From Candidatus Poribacteria bacterium (GTDB lineage: Bacteria; Poribacteria; WGA-4E; PCPOR2b), in NCBI GenBank assembly GCA_965218095.1, contig OZ244587.1:2784001-2848000 (forward strand): 64,000 bases of DNA, read 5' to 3'. Shown in pieces: positions 10,171 to 20,285 of this stretch. Each line of letters starts with the position of its first letter. Positions within the stretch are counted from its first letter, which is position 1. The position numbers were made by a program, and so were the translations under genes. The notes below the pieces were generated by a model that did no database searches, was not told the DNA's origin, and worked only from the letters and a program-made list of their open reading frames with translations.

Positions 10171-10698
10171 TTACGCAAGATCCAAAACTGCGATATATGG
10201 CAAATTGCGATACTTTTGCGCGTAGTCTAAACCGTATCCGACAACGAAGGTGTCTGGAATCTCAAAACCAACATAGTCGATAACGGTTGCCTTCTTCCTT
10301 CGCGCAGGCTTGTCGAGCAAACTACACACTTTCACACTCGCCGGCTCCCATGCCTTGACATGCTTAATGAGAAAGCTCAATGTTCGTCCTGTGTCAACGA
10401 TATCTTCCACAATAAGCACCTCCGATTGGCGAAGATTTATGTCTAATTCCTGAACCATCCGAATATGCTCTGATGGTTCCGTCCCATCTCCATAACTCGC
10501 AAGCTGGATAAATTCGCAGCGCACGGGAATCGATAGCGCACGGAGGAGATCTGCGAGGAATACCACTGCGCCTTTGAGAACGCAGATCAGCACCAGATCG
10601 CGGTTTTCGTAATCTTCAGAGATCTGCTGAGCCAATTCGTGGACACGCGCTTGGATCTGTGATTCAGAGATCAAAATTGAATGAATGTCAGATTTCAT
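10171..10698 (-). CDS. hpt: Hypoxanthine phosphoribosyltransferase
   Basis: VLKGA, LIVEDIVDTGRTL, FVVGYGLDYAQKYRNLPYI; lies downstream of tilS. Confidence 0.95.
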   Translation of the reverse strand: MKSDIHSILISESQIQARVHELAQQISEDYENRDLVLICVLKGAVVFLADLLRALSIPVRCEFIQLASYGDGTEPSEHIRMVQELDINLRQSEVLIVEDIVDTGRTLSFLIKHVKAWEPASVKVCSLLDKPARRKKATVIDYVGFEIPDTFVVGYGLDYAQKYRNLPYIAVLDLA

Positions 10699-11045
10699 CA
10701 ATTTCAACGGAAGGTTAACGAGCGATGAGATGCATAATGTTCCGTTCCAACCCTATCACAGCAACACTCATAGTCATTTCACTTTGTCTGAGTCCAGGGG
10801 ACGCAAGTTCTTCTTCACCAAGAGATACTCTCTCGACTGAGATTAATAGAGTGCTTGCAGAAAGGCAAAAGACAAAAAAAGAAGATGTTGCTGTTTTAGT
10901 AGTAGATTCTGAGTTCTGGGAAGCTGATGGTCATAGTACCTTGTTTTCGTCCCAATAAAGTGCAAATAAGCGGGGATTGGGCTTATGATGGATTTGATGC
11001 TTTTGTGCCTGTATTGAAAACAAGGTTTTGAACCTTTGAAAGGGC

Positions 11046-12464
11046 TCAGTTTTTCGGACAAGATGAATAGGTTAGATACAGGCAGCGCTCCGTTTTCTCC
11101 CGGATCTTGAACTGTTCACCTGTTCGGTAACCAACGACCCAAATGATCTGATCACCACTTACCAGAACCGGGACGTGTCCCCGCTCATGTCGAGGCACTT
11201 TGGCATCGATGAAGAAGTCTTTGAGCTTCTTGCTTCCCCGCATCCCAAACGGCTGAAACCGATCGCCATCTCGCCGACACCGAAGCTTCAGAGGAAGTTG
11301 AAGCCGATCCAGATCAAAGACAGCTCGAAATTTACCATCAGGCAGTTTATCTGCCATCGCGTGGTTCATTGGGCGTCCCTCAATGGCAGCAGCCATCTCC
11401 GCATTTAATAGCGGGAGATCGGTGTGCCCTGGCGCCACGATCTCATACTCAAACTCGACATCAGCGTTCATCACGCTTTGGAAGACAATCCGGTTGTATG
11501 CCCGTCGAATTTCCCATCCGTTGGGCAAATGCAAAGAGGCATTCGGGGATTCTCCATCAATCAATTTTAGCATAGATTCAAAATGATTGAAGTAGAGATC
11601 CCTTACCCCTCCTGAAATTTCCACGATAGCAAGACGCAGGATTCGCCGACGCAAAGCGAGATGATGCCCCCGAAACAGGCAGCGATCCAGAACAACGGTA
11701 TCAGGTACACTGGGCTTCACTCGACACATTTGAAACGCCTTATGAGCCGGGGCATCCAGATAATCCGATTCGGCGCGTAACAGTTCAGCAGTTTGATTCA
11801 ATACGTCTTGGATATTGGGATTGTAAGATCGTTCTAAGGAAGGAATGAGTTCTAAGCGAATACGATTGCGGAGATAGTTGAGTTGAGAGTTGGTAGCGTC
11901 CCGGCGCGGTTGTAGCCCAAGCTGTGTCACAAATGCTTCAATCTCCTGCCGCGAAAAATCGAGCAAGGGGCGTATAAACTTTCCTTCCCGCACGGGAAGT
12001 ATCCCTTTTAACCCCGACACACCTGCGCCGCGTAACAGGTTCATCAAGATCGTTTCTGCCTGATCGCCGCGATGATGTCCTAACGCAATCTTCGCTGCGC
12101 CGATCCGCTCGGAGACACATTCGTAGAACTCGTACCGTGCGCGTCGTGCTGCCGTCTCCGCGGAAAACTTCTGTTCCCGCATCAGTCGTGGGACGTCAAT
12201 CCTTGCGCTCGAAATCGGTAAGCCCAAACGATCCGCGTGTTCTGCGACAAACGCTGCATCCGCGGTGGAATCATCACGAAAACCGTGATCGAGATGAGCG
12301 ATATGTAGATTACAACTAAGTTGATGCCGAAGCGGGTGTAAAGCGTAGAGAAGGGCGAGTGAATCAACACCCCCAGAAACACCAACAAGCACCGTTTCCT
12401 CCGAGTGAATCATCTGATGCTGGGTAATAAAGCGGTAAGTGCGTTGTAAGAAGCCAGTGGACAT
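11046..12464 (-). CDS. tilS: tRNA(Ile)-lysidine synthetase
   Basis: VSGGVDS PP-loop, GHHRGDQAET, RNRIR, C-terminal TilS domain; start moved to the ATG at 12464. Confidence 0.95.
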   Translation of the reverse strand: MSTGFLQRTYRFITQHQMIHSEETVLVGVSGGVDSLALLYALHPLRHQLSCNLHIAHLDHGFRDDSTADAAFVAEHADRLGLPISSARIDVPRLMREQKFSAETAARRARYEFYECVSERIGAAKIALGHHRGDQAETILMNLLRGAGVSGLKGILPVREGKFIRPLLDFSRQEIEAFVTQLGLQPRRDATNSQLNYLRNRIRLELIPSLERSYNPNIQDVLNQTAELLRAESDYLDAPAHKAFQMCRVKPSVPDTVVLDRCLFRGHHLALRRRILRLAIVEISGGVRDLYFNHFESMLKLIDGESPNASLHLPNGWEIRRAYNRIVFQSVMNADVEFEYEIVAPGHTDLPLLNAEMAAAIEGRPMNHAMADKLPDGKFRAVFDLDRLQLPLKLRCRRDGDRFQPFGMRGSKKLKDFFIDAKVPRHERGHVPVLVSGDQIIWVVGYRTGEQFKIREKTERCLYLTYSSCPKN

Positions 12465-12487
12465 GATAGATGCGGCAGATACAAAAT

Positions 12488-12512
12488 AAAAAAGCCGCAC
12501 AAGGCGGCTTTT
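12488..12512 (-). terminator. Intrinsic terminator after the tRNA cluster
   Basis: AAAAGCCGCCTTGTGCGGCTTTTTT on the minus strand. Confidence 0.75.
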
Positions 12513-12524
12513 GGTGCTTATGAG

Positions 12525-12596
12525 TGCCGGTGCGGAGAGTTGAACTCCGGACAGCACGATTATGAGTCGTGTGCTCTACCACTGAGCTACACCGGC
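12525..12596 (-). tRNA. tRNA with CAT anticodon (elongator Met or Ile2); CCA not encoded
   Basis: GCCGGTGTAGCTCAGTGGTAGAGCACACGACTCATAATCGTG...GTTCAACTC...CACCGGCA cloverleaf. Confidence 0.92.
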
Positions 12597-12662
12597 ATCT
12601 GAGATGAGAAAAAAAGGGAAATACGCCTTGAAAGGCGCATTTCCCACGAGAACAATTATCAA

Positions 12663-12739
<77 letters not shown>

Positions 12740-12759
12740 CCAAGTATGAGTAAGAAAAA

Positions 12760-12847
12760 TGGTGGGCGAGGAGGGATTTGAACCCTCACACCCAGTTACG
12801 GGCGATGGATTTTAAGTCCATTGTGTCTGCCATTCCACCACTCGCCC
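12760..12847 (-). tRNA. tRNA-Leu (TAA)
   Basis: GGGCGAGTGGTGGAATGGCAGACAC...CTTAAAA...long variable arm...CCA. Confidence 0.95.
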
Positions 12848-12954
12848 GCGCCCGTGGCAAGGAATTCCTGAATTCTGGCGAATTCAGGAATTATATTGTA
12901 ATAGATCGCTTCTGATTTGTCAAGATTTTTTTCGGAGTTTGCTCGATTCAGTTT

Positions 12955-13305
12955 TCACGAAGCGGACTCATCTGTTTGGAAGATACCGAAAGTGTTGCCT
13001 TCGGTGTCCTGGCAGTAAGCTAAATAACCAACGCCTGGGATAGCCATCTTTGGCACAACGGCTTTCCCGCCATTTTTGGCGATCTTGGTCGCGAAATCAT
13101 CCACAGATGGGACATCAATGGAGTTCACTGTGGAGGCTGAAGGATCCGGCCGTTTCATCAACCCACCGTTGATGCCGGGCTGATCGTCATCGCCGGTCGT
13201 GATGAGCCAATAATCTTCGGGGCTATCCCACTTCTGGGCTTTCCAGCCGAAGACATCAGCGTAAAACTTGACTGCGCGTTCAGGTTGATCTGCTTTCCGT
13301 ATCAT
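12955..13305 (-). CDS. VOC (glyoxalase/bleomycin resistance) family protein; N-terminus looks short
   Basis: FYADVFGW, GINGGL, PKMAIPGVG, DTEGNTFGI. Confidence 0.85.
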   Translation of the reverse strand: MIRKADQPERAVKFYADVFGWKAQKWDSPEDYWLITTGDDDQPGINGGLMKRPDPSASTVNSIDVPSVDDFATKIAKNGGKAVVPKMAIPGVGYLAYCQDTEGNTFGIFQTDESAS

Positions 13306-13409
13306 TAACTTATCTCCTCAGGTTGAGGCTTCGGAATTGCCAATCGAGTCACACAACTAGGGCAGATCTAACCCACTCCCAAAGTTGCACGACAGAAGTG
13401 AAATCCGAT

Positions 13410-14426
13410 ATGAACACGCCATTACCCCCATTCAGTTACACCTATTCGCCCAACCTGCCGAAGTTGCTGTGGCAATTGGGTTGTACGCTGGCGATCAGTA
13501 CCTACCAGGCGGGCAAAGTTATCTTTATCAGCGCGGCAAATCCAGAGGAGATCAAGCAACACCTCCTCGACTTCCCGAGGCCGATGGGCTTGGCAGTCTC
13601 CGATCAGCGGATTGCGGTTGCCACACGGGAGGAGGTAGTGGTACTTACCAATGCTTCAGCGGAGACATCAACCGAGCCTGCACAAGCGGAAAAGGGCATA
13701 CATGTGCCAGAGACAACTTATTTCAGCGGAGAGGTTGATACCCATGACCTCGCCTGGGGAGAGGAAGGGCTATGGGCGATCAATACACTCTTTTCGTCCC
13801 TGGCTTTGATTGATGACAATTCCAGTTTTGAGACTCAATGGCGGCCGTCATTCGTCAGCGATCTGACGCCAGAAGACCGTTGCCATCTGAACGGTATGGC
13901 AATGGTGGATGGCCAACCGGAGTATGTGACGGCGTTAGGGAAGGCGGACGCACTTGAGGGGTGGCGCGAGAACAAGGCATCTGGTGGGATTTTGATACAC
14001 GTTCCCAGCGGAGAGGTTGTGCTGGGAGACCTGCCGATGCCCCACTCACCTCGGGTGTATGATGGGAAACTTTACCTGTTGCTCTCTGCCACCGGAGAGT
14101 TGATATGCGCTGATGTGGAGAAGGGGAGCTACGAAGTCGTGGCGCGGTTGCCCGGTTTTGTGCGGGGGATGGCGCGTTACGGCGACTATCTGTTCGTCGG
14201 ATTGTCCAAGCTACGGAAGACGAGTTCTACTTTCGGCGATCTGCCAATCTCCCAACAGTCGGTGTTCAGTGGGATTGTGGCGGTGTCCCTGACCGATGGT
14301 TGCATCGTGGGACGCCTCAAGTACGAAACGGGCTGCGAGGAAATCTACGATGTGCAGGTCTTGCCGGGGTTGAGTCGTCCGGGGCCGGTCGGGCAATCAA
14401 CAATCAACACCTCATCTCCATCTTAA
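13410..14426 (+). CDS. TIGR03032/DUF4915 family protein
   Basis: STYQAGK, INTLFS, WRPSF, PEDRCHLNG, MPHSPR, PGFVRG motifs. Confidence 0.88.
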   Translation: MNTPLPPFSYTYSPNLPKLLWQLGCTLAISTYQAGKVIFISAANPEEIKQHLLDFPRPMGLAVSDQRIAVATREEVVVLTNASAETSTEPAQAEKGIHVPETTYFSGEVDTHDLAWGEEGLWAINTLFSSLALIDDNSSFETQWRPSFVSDLTPEDRCHLNGMAMVDGQPEYVTALGKADALEGWRENKASGGILIHVPSGEVVLGDLPMPHSPRVYDGKLYLLLSATGELICADVEKGSYEVVARLPGFVRGMARYGDYLFVGLSKLRKTSSTFGDLPISQQSVFSGIVAVSLTDGCIVGRLKYETGCEEIYDVQVLPGLSRPGPVGQSTINTSSPS

Positions 14427-14511
14427 TCAGCTTTTTGCCGCGATCGCCAGGTATTTATCTCGTCAACTGCGCATCTACCTCTTGTAATACCAATTTTCGT
14501 TCCGCTTCTGA

Positions 14512-15237
14512 TTATAGCTCCTCCAGCGGCTGCGAGTGTCCAAAAACAGGTTTCGGCCCATCACCGGGAGCCGCCCATCGTACGGTATTGGCGATTACGT
14601 GCAGGACGTTCTGATCATGGTAGATCGGGTAGGTTTCGTGCCCGGGACGGAAATAGAACACTTTCCCTCTGCCGCGGTAGTAACAGCAGCCGCTACGGAA
14701 GACTTCGCCGCCGGGGAACCAACTGATAAAAATCAGTGTGTCTGGTTCAGGGATGTCGAAGGGTTCGCCGTACATTTCCGCGTGTTCGATCTCGAAATAT
14801 TCGCCGAGTCCTTCGACGATGGGGTGCCCGTGCTCAATAACCCAGAGCCGCTCTTTTTCCCCAGCTTCACGCCATTTGAGGCTGCACGTTGTCCCCATCA
14901 GCTTTTTGAAGATCTTGGAATAGTGTGCCGAGTGGAAGCAGATTAAGCCCATGCCATCAAGCACACGGGCATGGACTCTATCAACGATTTCATCTGCTAC
15001 CTCTCCGTGCGCGCCATGTCCCCACCAAGTCAGGACATCTGTATTGGCGAGGATGTTCTCTGTCAGTCCATGTTCAGGCTCATCCAGCGTCGCAGTGCGC
15101 ACCTCAAGCCCCGGTTGTTCCTTGAGGTAGTTTCCAATTGCGTTGTGCATGCCATCGGGGTAAATTGCCCCGATATGTTCATTCGTTTTTTCGTGGCGAT
15201 ACTCATTCCAAACTGTCACTCGAATTGTTTTGCTCAT
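14512..15237 (-). CDS. thuA: ThuA trehalose utilization domain protein
   Basis: [48 protein letters not shown]. Confidence 0.9.
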   Translation of the reverse strand: MSKTIRVTVWNEYRHEKTNEHIGAIYPDGMHNAIGNYLKEQPGLEVRTATLDEPEHGLTENILANTDVLTWWGHGAHGEVADEIVDRVHARVLDGMGLICFHSAHYSKIFKKLMGTTCSLKWREAGEKERLWVIEHGHPIVEGLGEYFEIEHAEMYGEPFDIPEPDTLIFISWFPGGEVFRSGCCYYRGRGKVFYFRPGHETYPIYHDQNVLHVIANTVRWAAPGDGPKPVFGHSQPLEEL

Positions 15238-15303
15238 GTAGTTTCTCCTTGTTGTTTAACTTACCTGTTTATTACCTGACCAAAAAGTTTCACGAGTTGA
15301 TTA

Positions 15304-15336
15304 AACCTTGCGAAGGTTTCAAACCTTCGCAAGGTT
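15304..15336. repeat. Perfect 33-bp AACCTT-family palindrome
   Basis: aaccttgcgaaggttt-c-aaaccttcgcaaggtt. Confidence 0.85.
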
Positions 15337-15355
15337 GGGTGAACGATATGCCGGC

Positions 15356-16144
15356 TTATTCATCATCCTGAACCGTGCTGATTTCATCTTTGGAGATCTT
15401 GTGGACGCTTTTTGGGTTAAAGGTCTGCGCTGTCCCAGATCTCAGTGCAACTTCGATTCTCCCACCTGTCAGCACGAAGAACTGAATCAGAAATCCGCCG
15501 CCCTGCATCGATTCGACTTGATACTGATCCGCCGCTAATCCCTCAACCCACGTCGGGAACGCGTCAGCAAAATTGGGGTAATCGATCACTTCCTGCGGTA
15601 GCGCGATGATCAGCGTTCCAGGTTCATCGCCTATCGCTTCCGCAATCACAGCTCGGGTTTTGACCATAAACGGCACAACCTTGCTTGCGTAGTCGAGATC
15701 ACTATCACCACCGGCGCGTTCGGGCGGAACGATTCCCCATGTCAGATGGTGGATGAACGGATTGCCGTAGCCTTGACTCAGCATGTGATTCAGAGCCTGG
15801 TTATCGACAGGATGGACGACTGCGACGTAATCGAACCAGCCTTTACTTCGTTCAAGGCTATCCTCCAGCAATCTTGCGGAAACGTTGATGTAGTCGCACC
15901 CATCCACCGGCGAGGGATAACAACGGGCATCCCAACCTGAGATATAGCCAAGCTGCTTCAATGGACCTGCGACGATGTACGGTGGGTCGCAAAAAATTGC
16001 GGCGTGATCAAGGTTAGGCAGCAATTGAACGCCTGCCGCAGTGACTTTCCTGGCGACTTCTGATGCCTCTTTAAATCGCTGTGGTGCGTTTTCGATAGTG
16101 AGGTAATCTCCGAAATTATCCGGTAAAATCACTGAATTTCCCAT
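15356..16144 (-). CDS. Hypothetical protein, possibly a VOC-fold His/His/Glu metalloenzyme
   Basis: GGAGG RBS; LDHAAIF, IHHLTWG and LIQFF...RIEVALR segments. Confidence 0.75.
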   Translation of the reverse strand: MGNSVILPDNFGDYLTIENAPQRFKEASEVARKVTAAGVQLLPNLDHAAIFCDPPYIVAGPLKQLGYISGWDARCYPSPVDGCDYINVSARLLEDSLERSKGWFDYVAVVHPVDNQALNHMLSQGYGNPFIHHLTWGIVPPERAGGDSDLDYASKVVPFMVKTRAVIAEAIGDEPGTLIIALPQEVIDYPNFADAFPTWVEGLAADQYQVESMQGGGFLIQFFVLTGGRIEVALRSGTAQTFNPKSVHKISKDEISTVQDDE

Positions 16145-16257
16145 GATAAACCTCCAATGTGTTTACCCACCACGAATTATACGAATCATACAAGTGGTTT
16201 CATCGTATAATCTGTAGTGAATCAATCTACTGTAAATTTCAAAGCGAGAAGTTTTTA

Positions 16258-16359
16258 TCACCAGGTCCCCCTAAGAGGCAGTACGGAAGGGTTTTCACCT
16301 CCTACCTGTCGATGGTCAAGCGGAGAGACAGAGGGCATTCTCACAGTTTCTGTTGACAT
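16258..16359 (-). CDS. Candidate 33-aa small ORF
   Basis: TTGAAA-N17-TATCAT promoter, GAAAGG RBS, MSTETVRMPSVSPLDHRQVGGENPSVLPLRGTW*. Confidence 0.35.
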   Translation of the reverse strand: MSTETVRMPSVSPLDHRQVGGENPSVLPLRGTW

Positions 16360-16529
16360 TGGCGCCTTTCAGCATGATACCACAAAACCACCCCCTTTTC
16401 AAGGGTATGAAAATATAAGCATTCTCACGATTGTTTTCTGCTCACACTTGTGTTATAGTATAGTAACGCGAGTTCGGGAGAAATGTGAATGAAGTGTTTT
16501 GTTCCATAAACCTAAAAGGATAGATGCGT

Positions 16530-17543
16530 ATGTCTTCTAAATACAAAGTGCTGATGACGGATTATGCGTGGCCCTCTGTCGAGCCGGAGCGACAGGTTTT
16601 AGCCGAGATCGGTGCAAAGTTGATCGTTGCACAGACAGGGACGGAGGCGGAATTTATTGACCTGGCTCCCCAGGTTGATGGTATACTTACCTGTTGGCTG
16701 CAAGTGACCGCGGCGGTCATCGAAGCGGCTCAACGATGTAAGGTTATCGGACGGTTTGGGATCGGTTTGGATAACATTGATGTGGAGAGGGCAACCACGC
16801 TCGGAATCGTCGTGACAAATGTTCCTGCTTACTGCATTGATGAAGTGTCCGATCACACAATGGCGCTGCTGCTTGCGTGCGCGCGAAAGATCGCCTTACT
16901 CGATCGGGAGGTCAAAAAAGGAAATTGGGTTCGAGATGTGGGCCCATCAATGCGTCGACTCCGTGGACAAAAGTTAGGCATCATCGGATTTGGTAAAATT
17001 GGGAGAGCAATTGTGCCGAAGGCGACAGCGTTCGGATTGGAAATCCTCGTCTATTCGCCGCGAGCCACTGAGCAGATTGCCCAAGCGCACGGGGTGACCT
17101 TGGTCGATCTCCCCGAACTACTGGCGGAATCTGATTTCATCACCGTTCATGCGCCGCTAACCCCCGAAACACAAGGATTACTGAATGCGGAGGCGTTTTG
17201 TCGGATGAAACCTACTGCTTATGTCCTCAATACAGCCCGCGGAGGTGTTATCGAAACCGATGCGCTCTACAGGGCGTTTACGGAAGGAGAAATCACTGGC
17301 GCGGGTCTGGATGTCTTGGCTGAGGAGCCGCCACGATTCGATGAGCCGCTGCTTGAACTGGAGAATGTTATCCTGACGCCGCACGCTGCGTTTACGTCCG
17401 AGGAGTCAATCTATGACCTTGAAACGATAGCGGCGACAGAAATCGCAAGGGTATTAACGGGGCGGATGCCTGAATCGGTGGTTAACCCGGAGGTCTTGAG
17501 TAGCCCTGCGCTTCGTGCCAAAGCACTCGCTCAGGGGAAGTAA
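16530..17543 (+). CDS. D-2-hydroxyacid dehydrogenase (CtBP/SerA-like)
   Basis: GIIGFGKIG, NTARG, GLDV, TPHAA. Confidence 0.92.
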   Translation: MSSKYKVLMTDYAWPSVEPERQVLAEIGAKLIVAQTGTEAEFIDLAPQVDGILTCWLQVTAAVIEAAQRCKVIGRFGIGLDNIDVERATTLGIVVTNVPAYCIDEVSDHTMALLLACARKIALLDREVKKGNWVRDVGPSMRRLRGQKLGIIGFGKIGRAIVPKATAFGLEILVYSPRATEQIAQAHGVTLVDLPELLAESDFITVHAPLTPETQGLLNAEAFCRMKPTAYVLNTARGGVIETDALYRAFTEGEITGAGLDVLAEEPPRFDEPLLELENVILTPHAAFTSEESIYDLETIAATEIARVLTGRMPESVVNPEVLSSPALRAKALAQGK

Positions 17544-17563
17544 TCTGTTTGAGGAAAATAGTG

Positions 17564-18382
17564 ATGAAATCTTTCAAGGGGGCAACAGTCTTAATCACAG
17601 GTGCTTCGTCTGGCATTGGTGAAGCGTTTGCCCATAACCTTGCCAATCGAGGGGCTAATTTAATCTTAACTGCGCGTTCGGAGGATAAATTACGTCAAAT
17701 TGGCAGCGAATTATCAGAAAAACACCAAATCGAAGTCCATGTGTTCCCCGGAGATCTCAGCCGCCCGGATATGCCCCAGCGACTGTTTTCGCAGGTCCAA
17801 TCCGCATTGCTATCAGTCGATGTGCTGATCAATAACGCCAGCTTTGGGAAGTGGGGAAATTTCCTGGAATACGATTATCAAACCTATCAAGATATGCTAA
17901 ATCTCAATATCAACGCACTGGTGAGTTTGACATATCTCTTCCTTCCTGAAATGCTGAAGCAGAGGGACGGCGGAATCCTTAATGTCGCGTCAATAGCGGC
18001 ATTTCAGCCACTCCCTTACATTGCTGCGTACAGCGCAACGAAGGCATTTGTCCTCAATTTCTCCGAAGCACTCTGGGGCGAATATCACGAACGCGGCTTG
18101 ACGGTTCTTGCACTTTGCCCCGGCAACTCGTCAACAAATTTCGCTGAAGTTGCCAATGCTGACGTAACAAAAATGCCCAGGGCTGAAACGCCCGAGAAAG
18201 TGGCTCAAGTTGGTTTGGAAGCCTTCTTGAAGGAACGAAACTATGTAATCCCTGGCAGAACAGGCAACTATCTGTTGGCAAATTTATCCCGCCTGCTGCC
18301 GCGTCGCCGGGTGATCAAGACGGCGTTGGGTATGTTAAAACCGAACACTTCCCCAGAGAAGAGTTCAAAAATAATGGGTTGA
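17564..18382 (+). CDS. Short-chain dehydrogenase/reductase
   Basis: TGASSGIG, NNA, YSATK. Confidence 0.92.
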   Translation: MKSFKGATVLITGASSGIGEAFAHNLANRGANLILTARSEDKLRQIGSELSEKHQIEVHVFPGDLSRPDMPQRLFSQVQSALLSVDVLINNASFGKWGNFLEYDYQTYQDMLNLNINALVSLTYLFLPEMLKQRDGGILNVASIAAFQPLPYIAAYSATKAFVLNFSEALWGEYHERGLTVLALCPGNSSTNFAEVANADVTKMPRAETPEKVAQVGLEAFLKERNYVIPGRTGNYLLANLSRLLPRRRVIKTALGMLKPNTSPEKSSKIMG

Positions 18383-18390
18383 CACTTTCC

Positions 18391-18527
18391 TAAATTAAAA
18401 GAGACAAGCGGCAGATCCACTTGTGGCTCGCCCCCTCGCTTCCACAAGAGGCACCCACAAATCCACTTCCCACGCAGGTTTACCAACTTATAGGTAATAG
18501 TAAGCCAATTCTGGGGGGAGAATCGCA
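18391..18527. repeat. Composite repeat element, copy 1
   Basis: 27-bp cggcagatccacttgtggctcgccccc and agtaagccaat(t)ctggggggagaatcgca are shared with 20286-20561. Confidence 0.75.
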
Positions 18528-18735
18528 AAACGTAAGACCATTTGTTGATTCGCTGATTTATTAATAATGATGACTCTTGACACCTTTACTCTCACAATAG
18601 GGGTATTCAGGATGATCACCCCAACGAACAGTCTCTAAGTGTTCAATACAACTCTCTTGATCCGAAAATCTTTCTACTGCATCAAATAGATTCATGCGTA
18701 ACTCCTTTATTCATGCGGGTTTGAGAGAGTTCAGA

Positions 18736-19218
18736 TTAACACGATTTAGAGATTTTGTCAAGCCTAAAATTGATAACTGCGTTTAATTTTTGCCTTTGTT
18801 TACAAGGAAACAGCATGCTGGGGTTTTCGCCGTGGCGTAGCGCGTTGATTGGAATCTCGATCGAAGCCCACGGGTCAAATCGGGGGCTCTTCACCCATGT
18901 AGTCTTTGTTTTCGGCCAAAAGCACTGTATTTCAACCTCTTCACCTTTCCTGAGCCGAAAATCGCCCGACTCGACGAACCGCGTGCAAAACGCACTCGCG
19001 CCGACTTGCAGCCCGTTGAGCTCATAGGGTGGTGGCGGTGAAAAAATCAGGCCACAATTCGGGGGGAGGCGGTTACTGACATCGGCACGAACGTGCCAAC
19101 GGCGGATAGTTGAGCGGGAGACCTTAAAGTGACGCGCCAATTCTTTCTCGCCCTTAACCCCGTACAGACTCACCAACTCTGAGATCATTTCTTCGGTTAA
19201 TTCTATTGCGGTTGCCAT
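18736..19218 (-). CDS. HTH-containing hypothetical protein
   Basis: AGGAGA RBS; ELARHFKVSRSTIRRW HTH motif. Confidence 0.65.
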   Translation of the reverse strand: MATAIELTEEMISELVSLYGVKGEKELARHFKVSRSTIRRWHVRADVSNRLPPNCGLIFSPPPPYELNGLQVGASAFCTRFVESGDFRLRKGEEVEIQCFWPKTKTTWVKSPRFDPWASIEIPINALRHGENPSMLFPCKQRQKLNAVINFRLDKISKSC

Positions 19219-19289
19219 GTTCTCTCCTTTTGCTTGGGTTTACCTTCCGCGATGAAAAGCGGACTGAAAGGCGACTGACCACCGACCGC

Positions 19290-19787
19290 TTACACCGCCA
19301 CCACTAGGCGTACTCCCTGACGTGACGAAAAGCGGACTGACAATCCTCCCTTTGCCGCTCCATAAAGCCCAAATCCGGGATTTGTAATTGTCGCATTGAC
19401 AGTGGAGATATAAACAATCACCCCGCTGCCTGTCCGGATCATCTCTGGAATGCAATACTTTGCCCCAAGCCATGGCCCACCCAGTGTCACAGCGAGCCCT
19501 TCGTTCCATTCCTCTTGAGAAAACTCGATAGCCGGTTTAGTGTAGGAATGGACGGCGTTGTGCACGAGTGTAGTTACCTTCCCGAATCGATTCACCGCTG
19601 TTTGAACAAGCCTTTTCCAGGTGTTTTCGTCTGCGTCCGTGATTCGAGTGACCGTCTCTGCGAGCTTCTCGGCACGCCGGTGTGTATTGACAACCACCTT
19701 CGCCCCTTCACAGGCAAAGCAATATGCAGTCGCTGCACCAATTCCCCCCCAGGCGGCTCCCGCAACGATTACAACTTTTCCTTTCAA
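19290..19787 (-). pseudogene. Decayed SDR oxidoreductase
   Basis: LKGKVVIVAGAAWGGIG ... YGAAK; internal and C-terminal loss; 5' end overlaps the STAS gene. Confidence 0.7.
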
Positions 19788-20112
19788 TTGCCTCTGCTTC
19801 GGAGTCAAGGTGCTCAAGGACCGTAGTCAATTTTGCCATCACCAGCAGATTGCGGATGTTTGTGCCAACATTGATTACACCCATGCGCCCGCCCTTGCGT
19901 CTAATGGAGAGATGGGCGCCAATCAGCGTCCCAAGGCCGGAACTGTCCATCATCGAAACACCTGAGAGATCAAGGAGCAGCTTCGGCGCTTCATGGCTGC
20001 TCGCAATATATTCATCGACCATTTTTTTCAGTTTAAGGCTATCGGTGTCAACGATCTTTCCGTCGAGTTGGAAGATGATGACACCTTCAGTTCTACGCAT
20101 ATCAAGTTTCAT
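19708..20112 (-). CDS. STAS-domain anti-sigma factor antagonist; C-terminus runs into the SDR remnant
   Basis: LLDLSGVSMMDSSGLGTL; AGGAGG RBS. Confidence 0.85.
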   Translation of the reverse strand: MKLDMRRTEGVIIFQLDGKIVDTDSLKLKKMVDEYIASSHEAPKLLLDLSGVSMMDSSGLGTLIGAHLSIRRKGGRMGVINVGTNIRNLLVMAKLTTVLEHLDSEAEAIERKSCNRCGSRLGGNWCSDCILLCL

Positions 20113-20285
20113 CAGTTTTTCCTCCTGTGTAATTGAGTGCATATACCATTTCGATTCTTGAATGTCGAGCCATCGATTTTGCCTCTAACGGCATGCGTTC
20201 TGCCATATATCATATCAACTTTGGAGATTTTAAACAACCATAAATTTCGTATGCGTATCGCGTATTTCGTATTAACTTGACTTTG

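Noticed and set aside
16348-16360. 13-bp match TTCTGTTGACATT to the IS5 TIR, and GACTTGTGCTA at 2906 to the IS982 TIR
   Set aside because: No partner end or transposase remnant; could be chance
20189-20205. Sigma54 promoter for the STAS gene (TGGCAGAACGCATGC)
   Set aside because: Spacing is right but the -12 element is weak and the site reads similarly on both strands; insufficient support
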